A DNA stretch of 64,000 nucleotides, taken from Octopus vulgaris. Its lineage: Eukaryota. The notes under the pieces were generated by a model. The model searched no databases and was not told the DNA's origin. It worked only from the letters and a program-made list of their open reading frames with translations. How positions within the stretch are numbered: position 1 is the first letter of the stretch; the number at the start of each line of letters is the position of its first letter. This document shows positions 35,320-50,455 of this stretch, piece by piece. The stretch spans positions 16,678,001 through 16,742,000 of the forward strand of contig OX597815.1 in NCBI GenBank assembly GCA_951406725.2, given 5' to 3'. A program made the position numbers and the translations under genes.

Positions 35320-38300
35320 TAATTTTCACCGAAAATTTTACCCAAAAATTTTGCGAAAATTTTCAACGAAAATTTTACCCAAAAATTTTTCGAAAATTTT
35401 ACCCCAAAATTTTTCTAAAATATTCCCCAAGAATTTTTCGAAAATTTTCACTGAAAATTTTACCCAAAAATTTTTCGAAAATTTTCACCGAAAACTTTAC
35501 CCAAAAATTTTGCGAAAATTTTCACCGAAAATTTTACCCAAAAATTTTTCGAAAATTTTCACTGAAAATTTTCCCCAAAAATTTTGCGAAAATTTTCACT
35601 AAAAATTTTTCGAAAATTTTCACCGAAAATTTTACCCAAAAATTTTTCGAAAACTTTCAACAAACTTTTGAAAGTTTTGTCCGAAAATTTTACCCAAAAA
35701 TTTTTCGAAAATATTCACCGAAAATTTTCACCAGCAATTTTTCGAAAATTTTCACCGAAAACTTTACCAAAAATTTTCACCGAAATTTTCCCCAAAAATT
35801 CTTCGAAAATTTTACCCAAAAATTTTTCGAAAATTTTCACCGAAAATTTTCACCAAGAATTTTGCCCGAAAATTTTGTCTGAAAATTTTACCCAAAAATT
35901 TTTCGAAAATATTCACCGAAAATTTTCACCAGCAATTTTTCGAAAATTTTCACCGAAAATTTTACCCAAAAATTTTTCGAAAATTTTCACCGAAAATTTT
36001 CCCCAAAAATATTTCGAAAATTTTCCCGAAAATTTTTTCGAAAATTTTCACCGAAAATTTTACACAAAAGTTTCAACAAAAATTTTTCCAAAATTTTCAC
36101 CAAAATTTTGCCCAAAAATTTTCAACAATCTTTTGAAAATTTTGGCCGAAAATTTTAAAATTTTCACCAAAAATTTTTCCAAAATTTTCCCTAAGAATTT
36201 TTCGAAAATTTTCATCAAAAATCTTTTGAAAATTTTCACCGAAAATTTTACCCAAAAGTTTTTCGAAAATTTTCACCGAAAATTTTCCCCAAGAATTTTT
36301 CGAAAATTTTCACCGAAAATTTTCACCAAAAATTTTTTTAAAATTTTCCCTAAGATTTTTTCGAAAATTTTACACAAAAATTTCAACAAAAATTTTTCCA
36401 AAATTTTCTCGAAAAATTTCCCAAAAATTTTTCACCGAAAATTTTAACCAAAAATTTTTCACCGAAAATTTTAACCAAAAATTTTACGAAAATATTTGCC
36501 GAAAATTTTCCCCAAAGTATGGAAAGCTAGCGGTGCCAAAATCACAAAGTATGGAAAGCCAGCGGTGCCAGAATCACAAAGTATGGAAGGCCAGCGGTTG
36601 CGAAATCACAAAGTATGGAAAGCTAGCGGTGCCAAAATCACCAAAAATTTTTCGAAAATTTTCCCGAAATATTTTCCGAAAATTTTCACCGAAAATTTTA
36701 CCCAAGAAATTTTCGAAAATTTTCACCGAAGATTTTTCGAAAATTTTATCCAAAAATTTTTCGAAAATTTTCCACGAAAATTTTTCTAAAATTTTCACGG
36801 AAAATTTTATCCAAAAACTTTTCGAAAATTTTCACTGAAAATTTTCCCCAAATATTTTTCGAAAATTTTACCGAAAATTTTCCCCCAAAATTTTTCGAAA
36901 ATTTTCACCGCAAATTTTACCCAAAAATGTTTCGAAAATTTTCCCCAACAATTTTTCGAAAATTTTCACCGAAAATTTTACCCAAAAATCTTTCGAAAAT
37001 TTTCCCAAGAACTTTTCGAAAATTTTCACCGAAATTTCGGCACCGCTGACCTTCCATACTTTGTGATTTTGGCACCGCTGGCTTTCCATACTTTGTGACT
37101 TTGGTACCGCTGGCTTTCCATACTTTGTGACTTTGGCACCGCTGGCTTTCCATAATTTGTGATTTTGGCACTGCTGGCTTTCCATACTTTGGGAAATTTT
37201 TACCAAAAATATTTCGAATATTTTCACCGAAAATTTTACACCAGAATTTTTCGAGAATTTTCACCGAAGATTTTTCGAAAAATTTATCCAAAAATTTATC
37301 CAAAAATTTATCCAAAAATTTATCCAAAAATTTATCGAAAAATTTATCGAAAAATTTTTCGAAAATTTTCACTGAAAATTTTCCCTAAATATTTTTCGAA
37401 AATTTTACCGAAATTTTCCCCAAAAATTTTCAACAACAATCTTTTGAAAATTTTGGGCGAAAATTTTACCCAAAAATTTTTCGAAAATTTTCACCGAAAA
37501 CTTTACCCAAAAATTTTCAGAAAATTTTACCCAAAATTATTTTTAAACTTTTCACCGAAAATTTTCCCCAAAAATATTTCGAAAATTTTCACCGAAAATT
37601 TCCCCCAAAAATTTTTCGTAAATCTTCACTAAAAATTTTTCGAAAATTTTCACCGAAAATTTTCCCCAAAAATTTTGCTAAAGTTTTCACTAAAAATTTT
37701 TCGAAAATTTTCCGCAAAATTTTCGAAAATTTTCACCGAAAATTTAACCCAAAAATATTTCGAAAATTTTCACCGAAAACTTTCACTAAAAATTTTTCGA
37801 AAATTTTCACTGAAAATTTTACCCAAAAATCTTTCGAAAATTTTACCCAAAAATTCTTTGAAAATTTTACCGAAAATTTTACCCAAAAATGTTTCGAAAA
37901 TTTTCGCCAAGAATTTTTTTTCGAAAATTTTCACCGCAAATTTTACCCAAAAATGTTTCGAAAATTTTCCCTAACAATTTTTCGAAAATTTACACCGAAA
38001 ATTTTACCCAAAAATTTTTCGAAAATTTTCCCCAAGAATTTTTCGAAAATTTTCACCGAAATTTCGGCACCGCTGACATTCCATACTTTGTGATTTTGGC
38101 ACCGCTGGCTTTCCATACTTTGTGACTTTGGCACCGCTGGCTTTCCATACTTTGTGACTTTGGCACCGCTGGCTTTCCATAATTTGTGATTTTGGCACTG
38201 CTGGCTTTCCATACTTTGGGGAAAATTTTTACCAAAAATATTTCGAATATTTTCACCGAAAATTTTACACAAGAATTTTTCGAGAATTTTCACCGAAAAT

Positions 38301-39070
38301 TTTTCGAAAATTTTATCCAAAAATTTATCGAAAACTTTCAAAGAAAATTTTATCCAAAAATTTTTCGAAAATTTTCACTGAAAATTTTCCCCAAATATTT
38401 TTCGAAAATATTTCGAAAATTTTCCCCAAAAATTTTCAACAATCTTTTGAAAATTTTGGGCGATAATTTTACCCAAAAATTTTTCGAAAATTTTCACCGA
38501 AAACTTTACCCAAAAATTTTCAGAAAATTTTACCCAAAATTATTTTTAAACTTTTCACCGAAAATTTTCCCCAAAAATTTTTCGAAAATTTTCACCGAAA
38601 ATTTCCCCAAAAATTTTTCGTAAATTTTCACTAAAAATTTTTCTAAAATTTTCACTGAAAATTTTCCCCAAAAATTTTGCTAAAGTTTTCACTAAAAATT
38701 TTTCGAAAATTTTCCGCAAGAATTTTTCGAAAATTTTCACCGAAAATTTAACCCAAAAATTTTTCGAAAATTTTCACCGAAAACTTTCACTAAAAATTTT
38801 TCGAAAATTTTCACTGAAAATTTTACCCAAAAATTTTTCGAAAATTTTAACCAAAAATTTTTTGAAAATTTTACCGAAAATTCTACCCAAAAATTTTTCG
38901 AAAATTTTCACCAAAAATGTTTCCAAAATTTTCGCCAAGAATTTTTCGAAAATTTTCATCAAAAATTTTACCTAAAAATTTTTCGAAAATTTTCACCGAA
39001 AATTTTACCCAAAAATTTTCCCCAAAATTTTCCCCAAAAATTTTCACCAAACATTTTTCGAAAATTTTAC
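35320..39070. repeat. 3.7 kb satellite of self-complementary (C)GAAAATTTT(C)-type units with embedded 29-bp repeat blocks
   Basis: AAAATTTT recurring about every 10-13 bp; 29-mer AAAGTATGGAAAGCCAGCGGTGCCAAAATCAC-type arrays at ~36513-36640 (+) and ~37038-37190, ~38065-38220 (-). Confidence 0.95.
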
Positions 39071-39106
39071 ACATGTATGCATGTATGCATGTATGTATGC
39101 ATGTAT

Positions 39107-39383
39107 CTACCAATCCCTACAAACGGATTAAGTCGATTACATCGACCCCAGTGCGTAACTGGTGCTTATTTAATCGACCTCGAAAGGATGAAAGGCAAAG
39201 TCGACCTCGGCGGAATTTGAACTGAGAACGTAGCGAAAGACGAAATACTGCTAATCATTTCATCTGGCGTGCTAACGATTCTGCCAGCTCGCCGCCTTTC
39301 ATCCTTTCGGGGTCGATTAAATAAGCACCAGTTACGCACTGGGGTCGATGTAATCGACTTAATCCGTTTGTAGGGATTGGTAG
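39107..39383. repeat. 90-bp-arm inverted repeat built from an S1 SINE
   Basis: 39107-39196 is the reverse complement of 39294-39383 (one mismatch seen); 97-bp spacer. Confidence 0.9.
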
Positions 39384-40498
39384 GGCTGTCGGTTTAGTCG
39401 CCGACGGTTCGACCATGCAACAGGTTGTACCGGGGTACAAGTTCCTAGTGGCACTAAGAGAGACCTGACATACATACATAAATACATACATGCATACAAA
39501 CATACATACATACATACATACATACATACATACATACATACACACATACATACATACATACATGCATGCATACATACATACATACATACATACATGCATT
39601 CATACAATAAATACATACATACACCTACATACGTACATACATGCATACATGCATACATGCATACATACATACATACATACATACACACATACATACATAC
39701 ACACACACCTACGTACATATATACACACATGCGTACATGCATACACAATCCTTTAGCTGATTTTATCTAATTTAAAAAATTCAAGACATTGGCTTCAATT
39801 TATGTTTTAATTAAATACAGCAATAATGAACACTGTACCTTCTATGCAGTTGTGACTCCACTTATACATTTAGATACCAAGATGTTACCTATAGAATCTC
39901 AGATCGGCCAACTTCAAAAAGTTGCAACCAAATGCAGAGCAGTTTCTGCCGACACTTTAATACTTATACTACTATATACTAGAAAGGGCAACAAAGCATT
40001 GTTCCCTAGGCCAGTCATGGGTAAACTGCAGCCCGCGGGATTTTCTGAACGGCACATCTAATAAAAAATGACTTTGAATACTTTTAGTAGTGCGGCCCAC
40101 TTCTAAAACGTATGCCCATGCTTGCCCTAGACATACACAGTGACGAGTGTGTTTTACACTCATGATACTGAAGACATGAAAATATTACGTGTTTTTCATG
40201 TGAATAGACGAATATGTCACTTGATCTGTATATATGGACTGAAAATACGTGTGGCATATTTTGCAACGTTGTTTGGTAATCATTCAAAGTTAAATGGCTT
40301 ATCCTATTTTCATATGATTACGAATATATTTTTCTATAAATTGTTATGCTGTTTCCATTTTTCAATCGTTGGAATAACCGGAAACGTGAAACGCATGGTG
40401 AATATTCAATAAGCTTAACTTTATGATATACATACACATACATACGTATGTATGTATGTATGTATGTATGTATGTATGTATGTATGTATGTATGTATG

Positions 40499-40547
<49 letters not shown>

Positions 40548-41299
40548 ACGCATATACACATACATGATACACACTTAGACATAGACACGTGTATACATGC
40601 AAAACCAGGATAATTATTGCTCAACGTCTAAAGCAAAATATATCCATGAAAGGCGGGAAAGGGAAACAGATGTCAAAAGGGAGTTTTTAGGACAAATGTT
40701 TTTATTGTCTAATTCAAGTTACGGTCGACATAATGTGTTATTCTAGTTTAAGGTAAATATCTACATATTTCCACTATGGAATGTAAACAAAAGATATTCA
40801 ATCAACAAGATTTCATTGATTTCAAAAACTAAAAAAATAACACCCGCCACCAAAAATACAAAAAAAAAAAAAAAAAAATCCCGAAAAAGAACAAAACATA
40901 AAAAACAAAATAAAATAAAAACAAACAAAACTGCCTCATACATATAATGCATTTGTTTCAAAACTAAATGCAATTGTTGATATTTTGAATGAAATTAGGT
41001 TTTCGTTCGAAGCAACATAATCAAAACCATACAACTCAACCCATGAAATATGGCCATATTGATGGATAATAAATACTCTCAGCATAGAGAATGCCGACAA
41101 TACCAACAACAACAACAACAACGATATCAATAAAAAGAACCTCAAAGGACATTTCAAAAAATTTGAATATCATTAAACATCACAATAGTTATTTAGATCA
41201 ATTTCTATGGAAATCGACCATTTCCATTGTGATTCCCGCCTAAACTATCACTTAATATAATTATAGTTTCCAACGCATTTTACTAAATTTATATCGACA

Positions 41300-41415
41300 G
41301 TGCCGTCATCGCCATCACAGTCACCACCACCACCACTATCACCACAACCACCACCAACACCACCACTACCACCACCACCACCACCACCACCACTACCACT
41401 GCCACCGCCAGCACC

Positions 41416-41446
<31 letters not shown>

Positions 41447-41454
41447 CCACCACC

Positions 41455-41485
<31 letters not shown>

Positions 41486-41803
41486 CCACCACCACCACCA
41501 AAACCACCACCACCACCATACTAATAATGCTATTATCACACCACACACAACTACATCACCACCACGTTCACTACAACCAATACAAGCTAAAACTATTGCT
41601 GCTACTAATACCACCACCACAGCCAAATTCACAAACACCACAACCACCTCAAACCAGCTTACCATCATCATCACCATTGTCCTCACCATCATCATCATTA
41701 CCACCATCACCATCATCACCGTCACTACGACCACCATCACCATCTCCACCGCTAACACTACCACCACAATCACCACCGCCATCATTACCACCCCTCCCTC
41801 CTT

Positions 41804-41849
<46 letters not shown>

Positions 41850-42599
41850 ACATCATCGTCGTGGTCGTCGTCAGAATCACGATCATTATCGTCATCCTCG
41901 GAAGAATGTGTTGAACCAATTTGTTTTGAGGCAACAAAATTGTTGCCACTGATGCTATGGGCTGTCACCAGCACCGCTGCCACCACTGCCACCACTGCCA
42001 CCACCACGATCTCCCATTACCTTCATTCTTCCACCATCATTATCATCATCATCATCAGCATCAGCAGCAGCAGCAGCAGCACCACCACCACCACCACCAC
42101 CACCACCACCACCACCACCATCTCCACCACCTACACCATCTCCACCACCTACACCATCTCCACCACCTACACCATCTCCACCGCAGCCGCCGCCGCCGCC
42201 GCACCACCACCACCACCACCACCACCACAACCACCACCACAACGATACCACCACCACCACAACGACAACCACCACCACAACGACAACCACCATCACCCCC
42301 ACCCCCACCACCACAACCACCACCACCACTACCACCACCACCACAACACACAATCATCATCACCACTACCACCACCACAACAACACACAATCATCATCAC
42401 CACTACCACCACTACCACCACCACCACCACCACCACCACAACACAATCATCATCACCACTACCACCACCACCACCACCACCACCACAACACACAATCATC
42501 ATCACCACTACCACCACCGCAACCACAACCACAACGAAGACGACGACCACCACCACAACCGCCACCACCACAACCGCCACCACCACCACCACCACCACC

Positions 42600-42631
<32 letters not shown>

Positions 42632-42878
42632 ACCAGCACCACAGCAGCAGCAGCACCGCCACCACCACCGGTACTTTCTCAGTACTGCGACCATGACCCC
42701 CATTGACTGCAACATTCACTCTACGAATCGTTCACAACTACACCGCAGGCACCACAGCCGCTACTACCACCACCACAACCATCGTCGCAGTCCCAACAAC
42801 CACGAGCGCCATTACACAACTGTTATCAGCACCGCCATCAACATCAACACCACCGCCACCACACACACACACACACAC

Positions 42879-42909
<31 letters not shown>

Positions 42910-42933
42910 TTCAGATCACAGTGACACTTGTAC

Positions 42934-42991
<58 letters not shown>

Positions 42992-43270
42992 CACCAGTAT
43001 CTTAATCCTCACCATCACAGCCGTTACTATCCTTGCCACCACTACAATATCACCGCTCCCACCGCAATTACGACCTCATCCACCCCGCCAAAATCTTAAT
43101 CACGACGACGACGACGAAAACCACCACGACCACCACCACGACCACCACGACCACCACAACCACGACCACCACGACCACCGCCACCACCACCACCAGCAGC
43201 AACAACACCAGCAGCAACAACACCAGCAGCAACAACACCAGCAGCAACAACACCACCAGCAACACCACAC

Positions 43271-43314
<44 letters not shown>

Positions 43315-43460
43315 ACATCAGCAGTACCACCAATACCATCACCACCACCGCCGCCACCACCGCCACCACGACCACCACCACCACGACCACCACGACCACC
43401 ACCACGACCACCACGACCACCGCCACCACCAGCAGCAACAACACCAGCAGCAACAACACC

Positions 43461-43542
<82 letters not shown>

Positions 43543-43669
43543 ACATCAGCAGTACCAACCACCGCCATCACCACCATCGCCGCCACCACCGCCACCACCA
43601 CCACCAGCATTATTATTATTATTATTATTATTAGTGATTGTAGTAGTGGATGTGGGAGAAAAGCAATAA

Positions 43670-43712
<43 letters not shown>

Positions 43713-43720
43713 AGTAAAAT
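41300..43720. repeat. 2.4 kb compound trinucleotide low-complexity tract (CCA/ACC/CAT/CAG/CAA/CTA)
   Basis: Directly visible; strongly C/A-skewed on the plus strand. Confidence 0.95.
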
Positions 43721-44055
43721 AAATTATTGACATGGGAGTTCAATTTTTAATCGTAGAATATTTGCTAAAGCCGGTAACGATTGAATGATTTCTGTTTACA
43801 AAAGAGGGACAAGAAGGAAAAAGAAAAAAAGGAAACAAAGAAAAAGAAAATAAAACAAAACAAAACGAAAAAAAAGAAAAGAAAAAATCGATAATGTTAA
43901 AAGAATGCAGATTTGGTTAACGTAAACAAACATGGACGTTTTTTTTCCTCTCTCTTCCTCCTCCTACTCCACCTCTTCCTCCACCTCTCTCTCTTTTGCT
44001 CGTCGAAAAACCTAAGATCACAAACGATGTGTCTCCTTCAAAATGATAGATCTTG

Positions 44056-44770
44056 TTGGGCTTCGAGATCTAGATATTCTGATAACAGAGTCGTGAAAGT
44101 TACTGGTTAACTGGGATTTCAGCGGTCAATGTTGTGTCATTCAGTAATTGCGTCGAAGGTCAGGCCAACGGCACAGTGTCTATGAGTCTATGTGGTTAGT
44201 CTATGGGCCTGTTAGAAACAGCAGCCAAATCTTCTTCGAGCAACAATCTGTTCTTTTATTAGTTTACTTGTTTCAAGTCATTTGACTGCGGGCCACACTG
44301 GAGCAGGGGGTTTTTAGTCGAAGGAAACGGTCCCAGGACTTATTCGTTGTAAGCCTGGTATTAATTCTATCGGTCTCTTTGCCGAACCGCTAATGTTACG
44401 GAGATTGGGCTTCGAGATCTAGATATTCTGATAACAGAGTCGTGAAAGTTACTGGTTAACTGGGATTTCAGCGGTCAATGTTGTGTCATTCAGTAATTGC
44501 GTCGAAGGTCAGGCCAACGGCACAGTGTCTATGAGTCTATGTGGTTAGTCTATGGGCCTGTTAGAAACAGCAGCCAAATCTTCCTCGAACAACAGCAAAA
44601 CTATTCTTTTATTAGTTTACTTGTTTCAAGTCATTTGACTGCGGGCCACACTGGAGCACCGTCTAAAAGGGGGGTTTTAGTCGAAGGAATCGGTCTCAGG
44701 ACTTATTCGTTGTCAGCCTGGTATTTATTCTATCGGTCTCTGTACCGAACCGCTAATGTTACAGAGACGT
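44056..44770. repeat. Tandem duplication with 349-bp period that includes the tail of an S2 SINE
   Basis: TTGGGCTTCGAGATCTAGATATTCTG begins at 44056 and again at 44405. Confidence 0.9.
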
Positions 44771-45555
44771 AAACACACCAGCATCGGTTGTCAAGCGGTG
44801 GTGGGGGAATAAATACAGATACAAAGACACACACACGCGCGCACACATACATATATACGACGGGCTTCTTTCAGTTTCCGTCTACCAAATCCACTCACAA
44901 AGCTTTGGTCGACTCAAGGCTATAGTAAAAGACACTTGCCCAAGGTGCCACGCAGTGGGACTGAACCTGGAACCAAGTAGTTTGGAAGCAAGCTTCTTAC
45001 CATATACCCACGCCTGCGCCTGAAAAAAAAAGAACCCATTACTGGAATCCCTTTATCTTTTATCATTTGCTTGTTTATTCATTGGACTGCGGCCATGCTA
45101 CAGTACCTATTTCTTTACTACCCGCAAGGGGCTAAACAAAGAGGGGACAAACAAGGACAGGCAAATGGATTAAGTCAATTACATCGACCCCAGTGTGTAA
45201 CTGGTACTTAATTTATCGACCCCGAAAGGATGAAAGGCAAAGTCTACCTCGGCGGAATTTGAACTCAGAACGTAGCAGCAGACGAAATACGGCTACGCAT
45301 TTCGCCCGGCGTGCTAACGTTTCTGCCAGCTCGCCGCCCATGCTACAGTACCGCTTTGGAGGGTTTTAATCAATCAAATTGATCCCGGTACTTATTTTTA
45401 AAGTCTGATACTCATTCTATCAATCTCTTTTGCCAAACCGGTATGTTACGGGGATGTAAACAAACCAACACTGGTTATCATTAGTGTGTGTGTGTTAGGG
45501 GAGAAACACACACACACACGCACACACACACACACACACGCACACACACACACAC

Positions 45556-45590
<35 letters not shown>

Positions 45591-45745
45591 TAACGAGCTC
45601 CCACATAATTTCCGTCTACCAAATTCACAAGGCACTGGTCGGCTTGCGATTATAGTAAAAGATACTTGTCCAAGGTGCCACACAGTGGGATTGAACTCAA
45701 AACCATGTGGTTTCAAAGCGAGTTTCCTAACCACATTGTTACGCC
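44600..45745 (-). mobile_element. Two S2 SINEs, the second interrupted by an S1 copy (45107-45337, TSD CCATGCTACAGTACC)
   Basis: Family matches plus the flanking direct repeat. Confidence 0.75.
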
Positions 45746-46147
45746 TGAGACTTTTAAAATTTATATTTTTTTTCAATGACTTTGTCGAAGGAGGTGCACC
45801 GCCCGGGACTGTTTCTTAGGGTTTCTCAGACACCTGGGAGAAAGATAGGAAATTATCTTCGGTTGAGATACCTAACCCGCATATTTGCAATAGGGTGGAC
45901 CCCCACTAAAAGCTTTCAAAGTGGGAAACCGAGCCACAGATGAGGTTTACAACAGACGAACAGGAATTATCTGCCACACGAACTTCCACACAGTTTCCGT
46001 TTACAAAATTTGCCCTGATAAGGCTTTGGTAAGTCCGAAGCTATATAAGGTGGTGACAGGCAACGGATCGAAACTGAAATCACTTGATTTGCAAAGCAAA
46101 CTGCTTAACCACTCCGAATTACCTGCCTTCATAACCAGGCTTTCAAG

Positions 46148-46213
<66 letters not shown>

Positions 46214-46763
46214 GTTGTTGTTGTTGTTGTTATTATTATTATTATTATTCTATGTTTGACTTTTGCTTTATATTTGTACAAGTTGACTCCAAGTCTCACC
46301 CAGAGACCTCAAGAGACAACAGATTGGAAGTCCATGTTGTTGTTATGCCTAGTGTGCCATATATATATATATTTTTTGGGTGTTGTACTAGTGAACGTCA
46401 AAAAAAAAAAAAAGAAAAAACGAAAATTGTTTGTTTTAAACCCTGAGATTACATAGAAAGTATTTTGCGTAGGATATGAGCAGTTCCCATGAGCACTATC
46501 TTTTGATTTTCTGCCATTTTTGGCATTTTTATTTATTTATTTATTATTATTACTATTATTATTATTATCATTATTATCATCATCATCATCATCATCATTA
46601 TTATTATTATTATTCAGTAGTTTTATTTTTATAGCGTGTTTTCACTTCACTACCAAGCGCAGCTCTGTGTGCCTTGGGTATGTGCTGTGATTTGTTGTGA
46701 TGCTCTGATGGTTATTGTATGGAAAGTGTTCTGCGTAGGATGTGTGCAGTGCCTAGTAGTGCA

Positions 46764-46826
<63 letters not shown>

Positions 46827-47897
46827 AATTATTATTAAAATTATTATTAGCGCATGCCATCAAAGTGACACTGGGGTACAACTATACGAAGCCCAATATA
46901 CCCATCATGACTACTCGTCTGATAACGGTACACCAAGTACATGCATCACAACCATATGTGCGCGACATGGTGATCTCATATCAAGATAAACAGCACCTGA
47001 CCTCGTAGGTGGGGCCCAGTTAGAATTTTCTTCAGGTCGAGTAGCCCATCCCACTCAAAAGGTCCCTGAATAAGGATGATGAACAAAACATCTTTGTTTC
47101 CAGAGGTGAATTATTAAAACCTCAAAGAATTCCTCCCGACACATGACTATAATACTCCCCAACTACTTCTGCTCATGATCAGGGATGCACATATTGTCAG
47201 CCACTAAGGGACATGCTCAACTGGTTAAGGTCAAACAACTGACAAGCAAATCTATGGTATTGAGCAGAATATTTGCTGTTGCCCATCTTTTATACCAAGA
47301 CAAAACAATGTACATGATAACGCTTCCAATCATTTTTATTATTATTATTATTATTATTAGCGCATGCCATCAAAGTGACACTGGGGTACAACTATACGAA
47401 GCCCAATATACCCATCATGACTACTCGTCTGATAACGGTACACCAAATACATGCATCACAACCATATGTGCGCGACATGATGATCTCATATCAAGATAAA
47501 CAGCACATGACCTCGTAGGTGGGGGCCCAGTTAGAATTTTCTTCAGGTCGAGTAGCCCATCCCACTCAAAAGGTCCGTGAATAAGGATGATGAAAAAAAC
47601 ATCTTTGTTTCCAGAGGTGAATTATTCAAACCTCAAAGAATTCCCCCCGACGCATGACTATGATGCTCCCCAACTACTTCTGCTCGTGGTCAGAGATGCA
47701 CATATCGTCAGCCACTAAGGGACATGCTTGCCTAGTTAAGGTCAAACAACTGACAAGCAAATCTGTGGTATTGAGCAGAATATTTGCTGTAGCCCATCTT
47801 TTATACCAAGACAAAACAATGTACATGACAACACTTCCAATCAGTTAAGATCAAATGAAATGAGAGCCACTGCCTGGTAATAGATCAGAGCAGGTAT

Positions 47898-47930
<33 letters not shown>
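46148..47930 (-). mobile_element. Stack of four 5'-truncated non-LTR 3' ends, each with a (TAA)n tail (two clearly R4/Dong-like)
   Basis: Minus strand KIVLMGTAHILRKILSM* (~46450-46505) and IALLGTAHILRRTLSIQ* (~46712-46765); two near-identical ~480-bp units at 46849 and 47359, each preceded on the plus strand by (ATT)n. Confidence 0.75.
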
Positions 47931-47932
<2 letters not shown>

Positions 47933-47963
47933 TTCATTTATATATTATTATTATATGTTGCAC

Positions 47964-48118
47964 GTTCTTCTTCTTCTTCTTCTTCTTCTTCTTCTTCTTC
48001 TTCTTCTTCTTCTTCTTCTTCTTCTTCTTCTACATCCTCTTCTTCTTCTTTTTCTTCCTCTTCTTCTTCTTTTTTCTCTTCTTCTTTTTTTTCCTCTTCT
48101 TCTTCTTTTTCCTCTTCT

Positions 48119-48150
<32 letters not shown>

Positions 48151-48165
48151 TTCTTCTCTTTCTTC
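47964..48165. repeat. (TTC)n purine/pyrimidine tract
   Basis: Directly visible. Confidence 0.95.
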
Positions 48166-48269
48166 TATGTTGCACATACATACATACATACATACATACA
48201 TACATACATACATACATACATACATACATAAATACATACCTACATATATATACATACATATATATATAT

Positions 48270-48343
<74 letters not shown>

Positions 48344-48350
48344 TATATAT

Positions 48351-48396
<46 letters not shown>

Positions 48397-48407
48397 GAGA
48401 GATATAC

Positions 48408-48487
<80 letters not shown>

Positions 48488-48488
48488 T

Positions 48489-48531
<43 letters not shown>

Positions 48532-48654
48532 GGCATGCTTGAACTTACGAACAACAGGTAAACGGGGGTAACTAGTGAAATGTGGTGTGAACATTAGTTG
48601 CAAGACTGAGTTTATTCATTTTTATTATTACTCAAGAGTTTATCAAATGTCACC

Positions 48655-49313
<659 letters not shown>

Positions 49314-49596
49314 ATGCGAAACTGCATTCTCTGCAAATAACACTTCACCGTAAACGTGTCAGATCAACGAAAAGTCGATATATGTCACACGAATAAAAAG
49401 AATGCACAAAGTGCAGTTTATATACATGGAAAGTGTGTTCTATATGTCTGTGTGCACGAATGTGCTTACGTATCTGAAGAGCTTTTCGGTAAAAACGGAC
49501 ATGCACGCGTTAAGCATTTATGCATCCAGATGCACATGCAAAATTTCAGAATGACAAGTCAGGCAAAGTGTACGTGCACGCGCGTGATTATATAAG

Positions 49597-49627
<31 letters not shown>

Positions 49628-49759
49628 GCATACATACAGACAGATATAATTACATAATATACACATGCATATATAATTATAAACATACATATGTACAAAT
49701 GTATATATACGTACACATATATGTATATATATATATATGCATGTATATATATATATATA

Positions 49760-49815
<56 letters not shown>

Positions 49816-50071
49816 TCCTTGTATATATTATATAATTATATCTATGTGTACACATATGTATGTATACTTATTTATATACATATATATGTACATGTATATA
49901 GATATATATGTATATAAATAAGTATACATATATACGTACACAGATATAATTACATAATATATACATTCATACACATATGCACATATATATACACATATAT
50001 ATAATTATAAAAATATGTATGTATATATATGTACATATATATGTATGTGTATATACATGTTCGTATATATG

Positions 50072-50129
<58 letters not shown>

Positions 50130-50233
50130 ATATATATATATATACTTATTTAAATACGTATGTACCTGTAATTACCTATATATATATACATATGTATATT
50201 ATAATTATATATGTGCATATATATCTATATCTA

Positions 50234-50286
<53 letters not shown>

Positions 50287-50385
50287 CTCTCTCTCTCTAG
50301 ATATAAATATATACCATCATTCACACGCATGCTCATACACGCATATGCTCACACATATATAGAGTGAGAGCAGAGATAGATAGAT

Positions 50386-50455
<70 letters not shown>

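Noticed and set aside
35291-39225. Many K/F/I/E/N-rich ORFs and the C-terminal half of the 348-aa ORF at 34836
   Set aside because: Translation of the A4T4 satellite; only roughly the first 150 aa of that ORF is helicase
41940-43634. 564-aa ORF rich in T/P/H/Q/I runs
   Set aside because: Pure trinucleotide-repeat translation, open in several frames on both strands, with no domain signature
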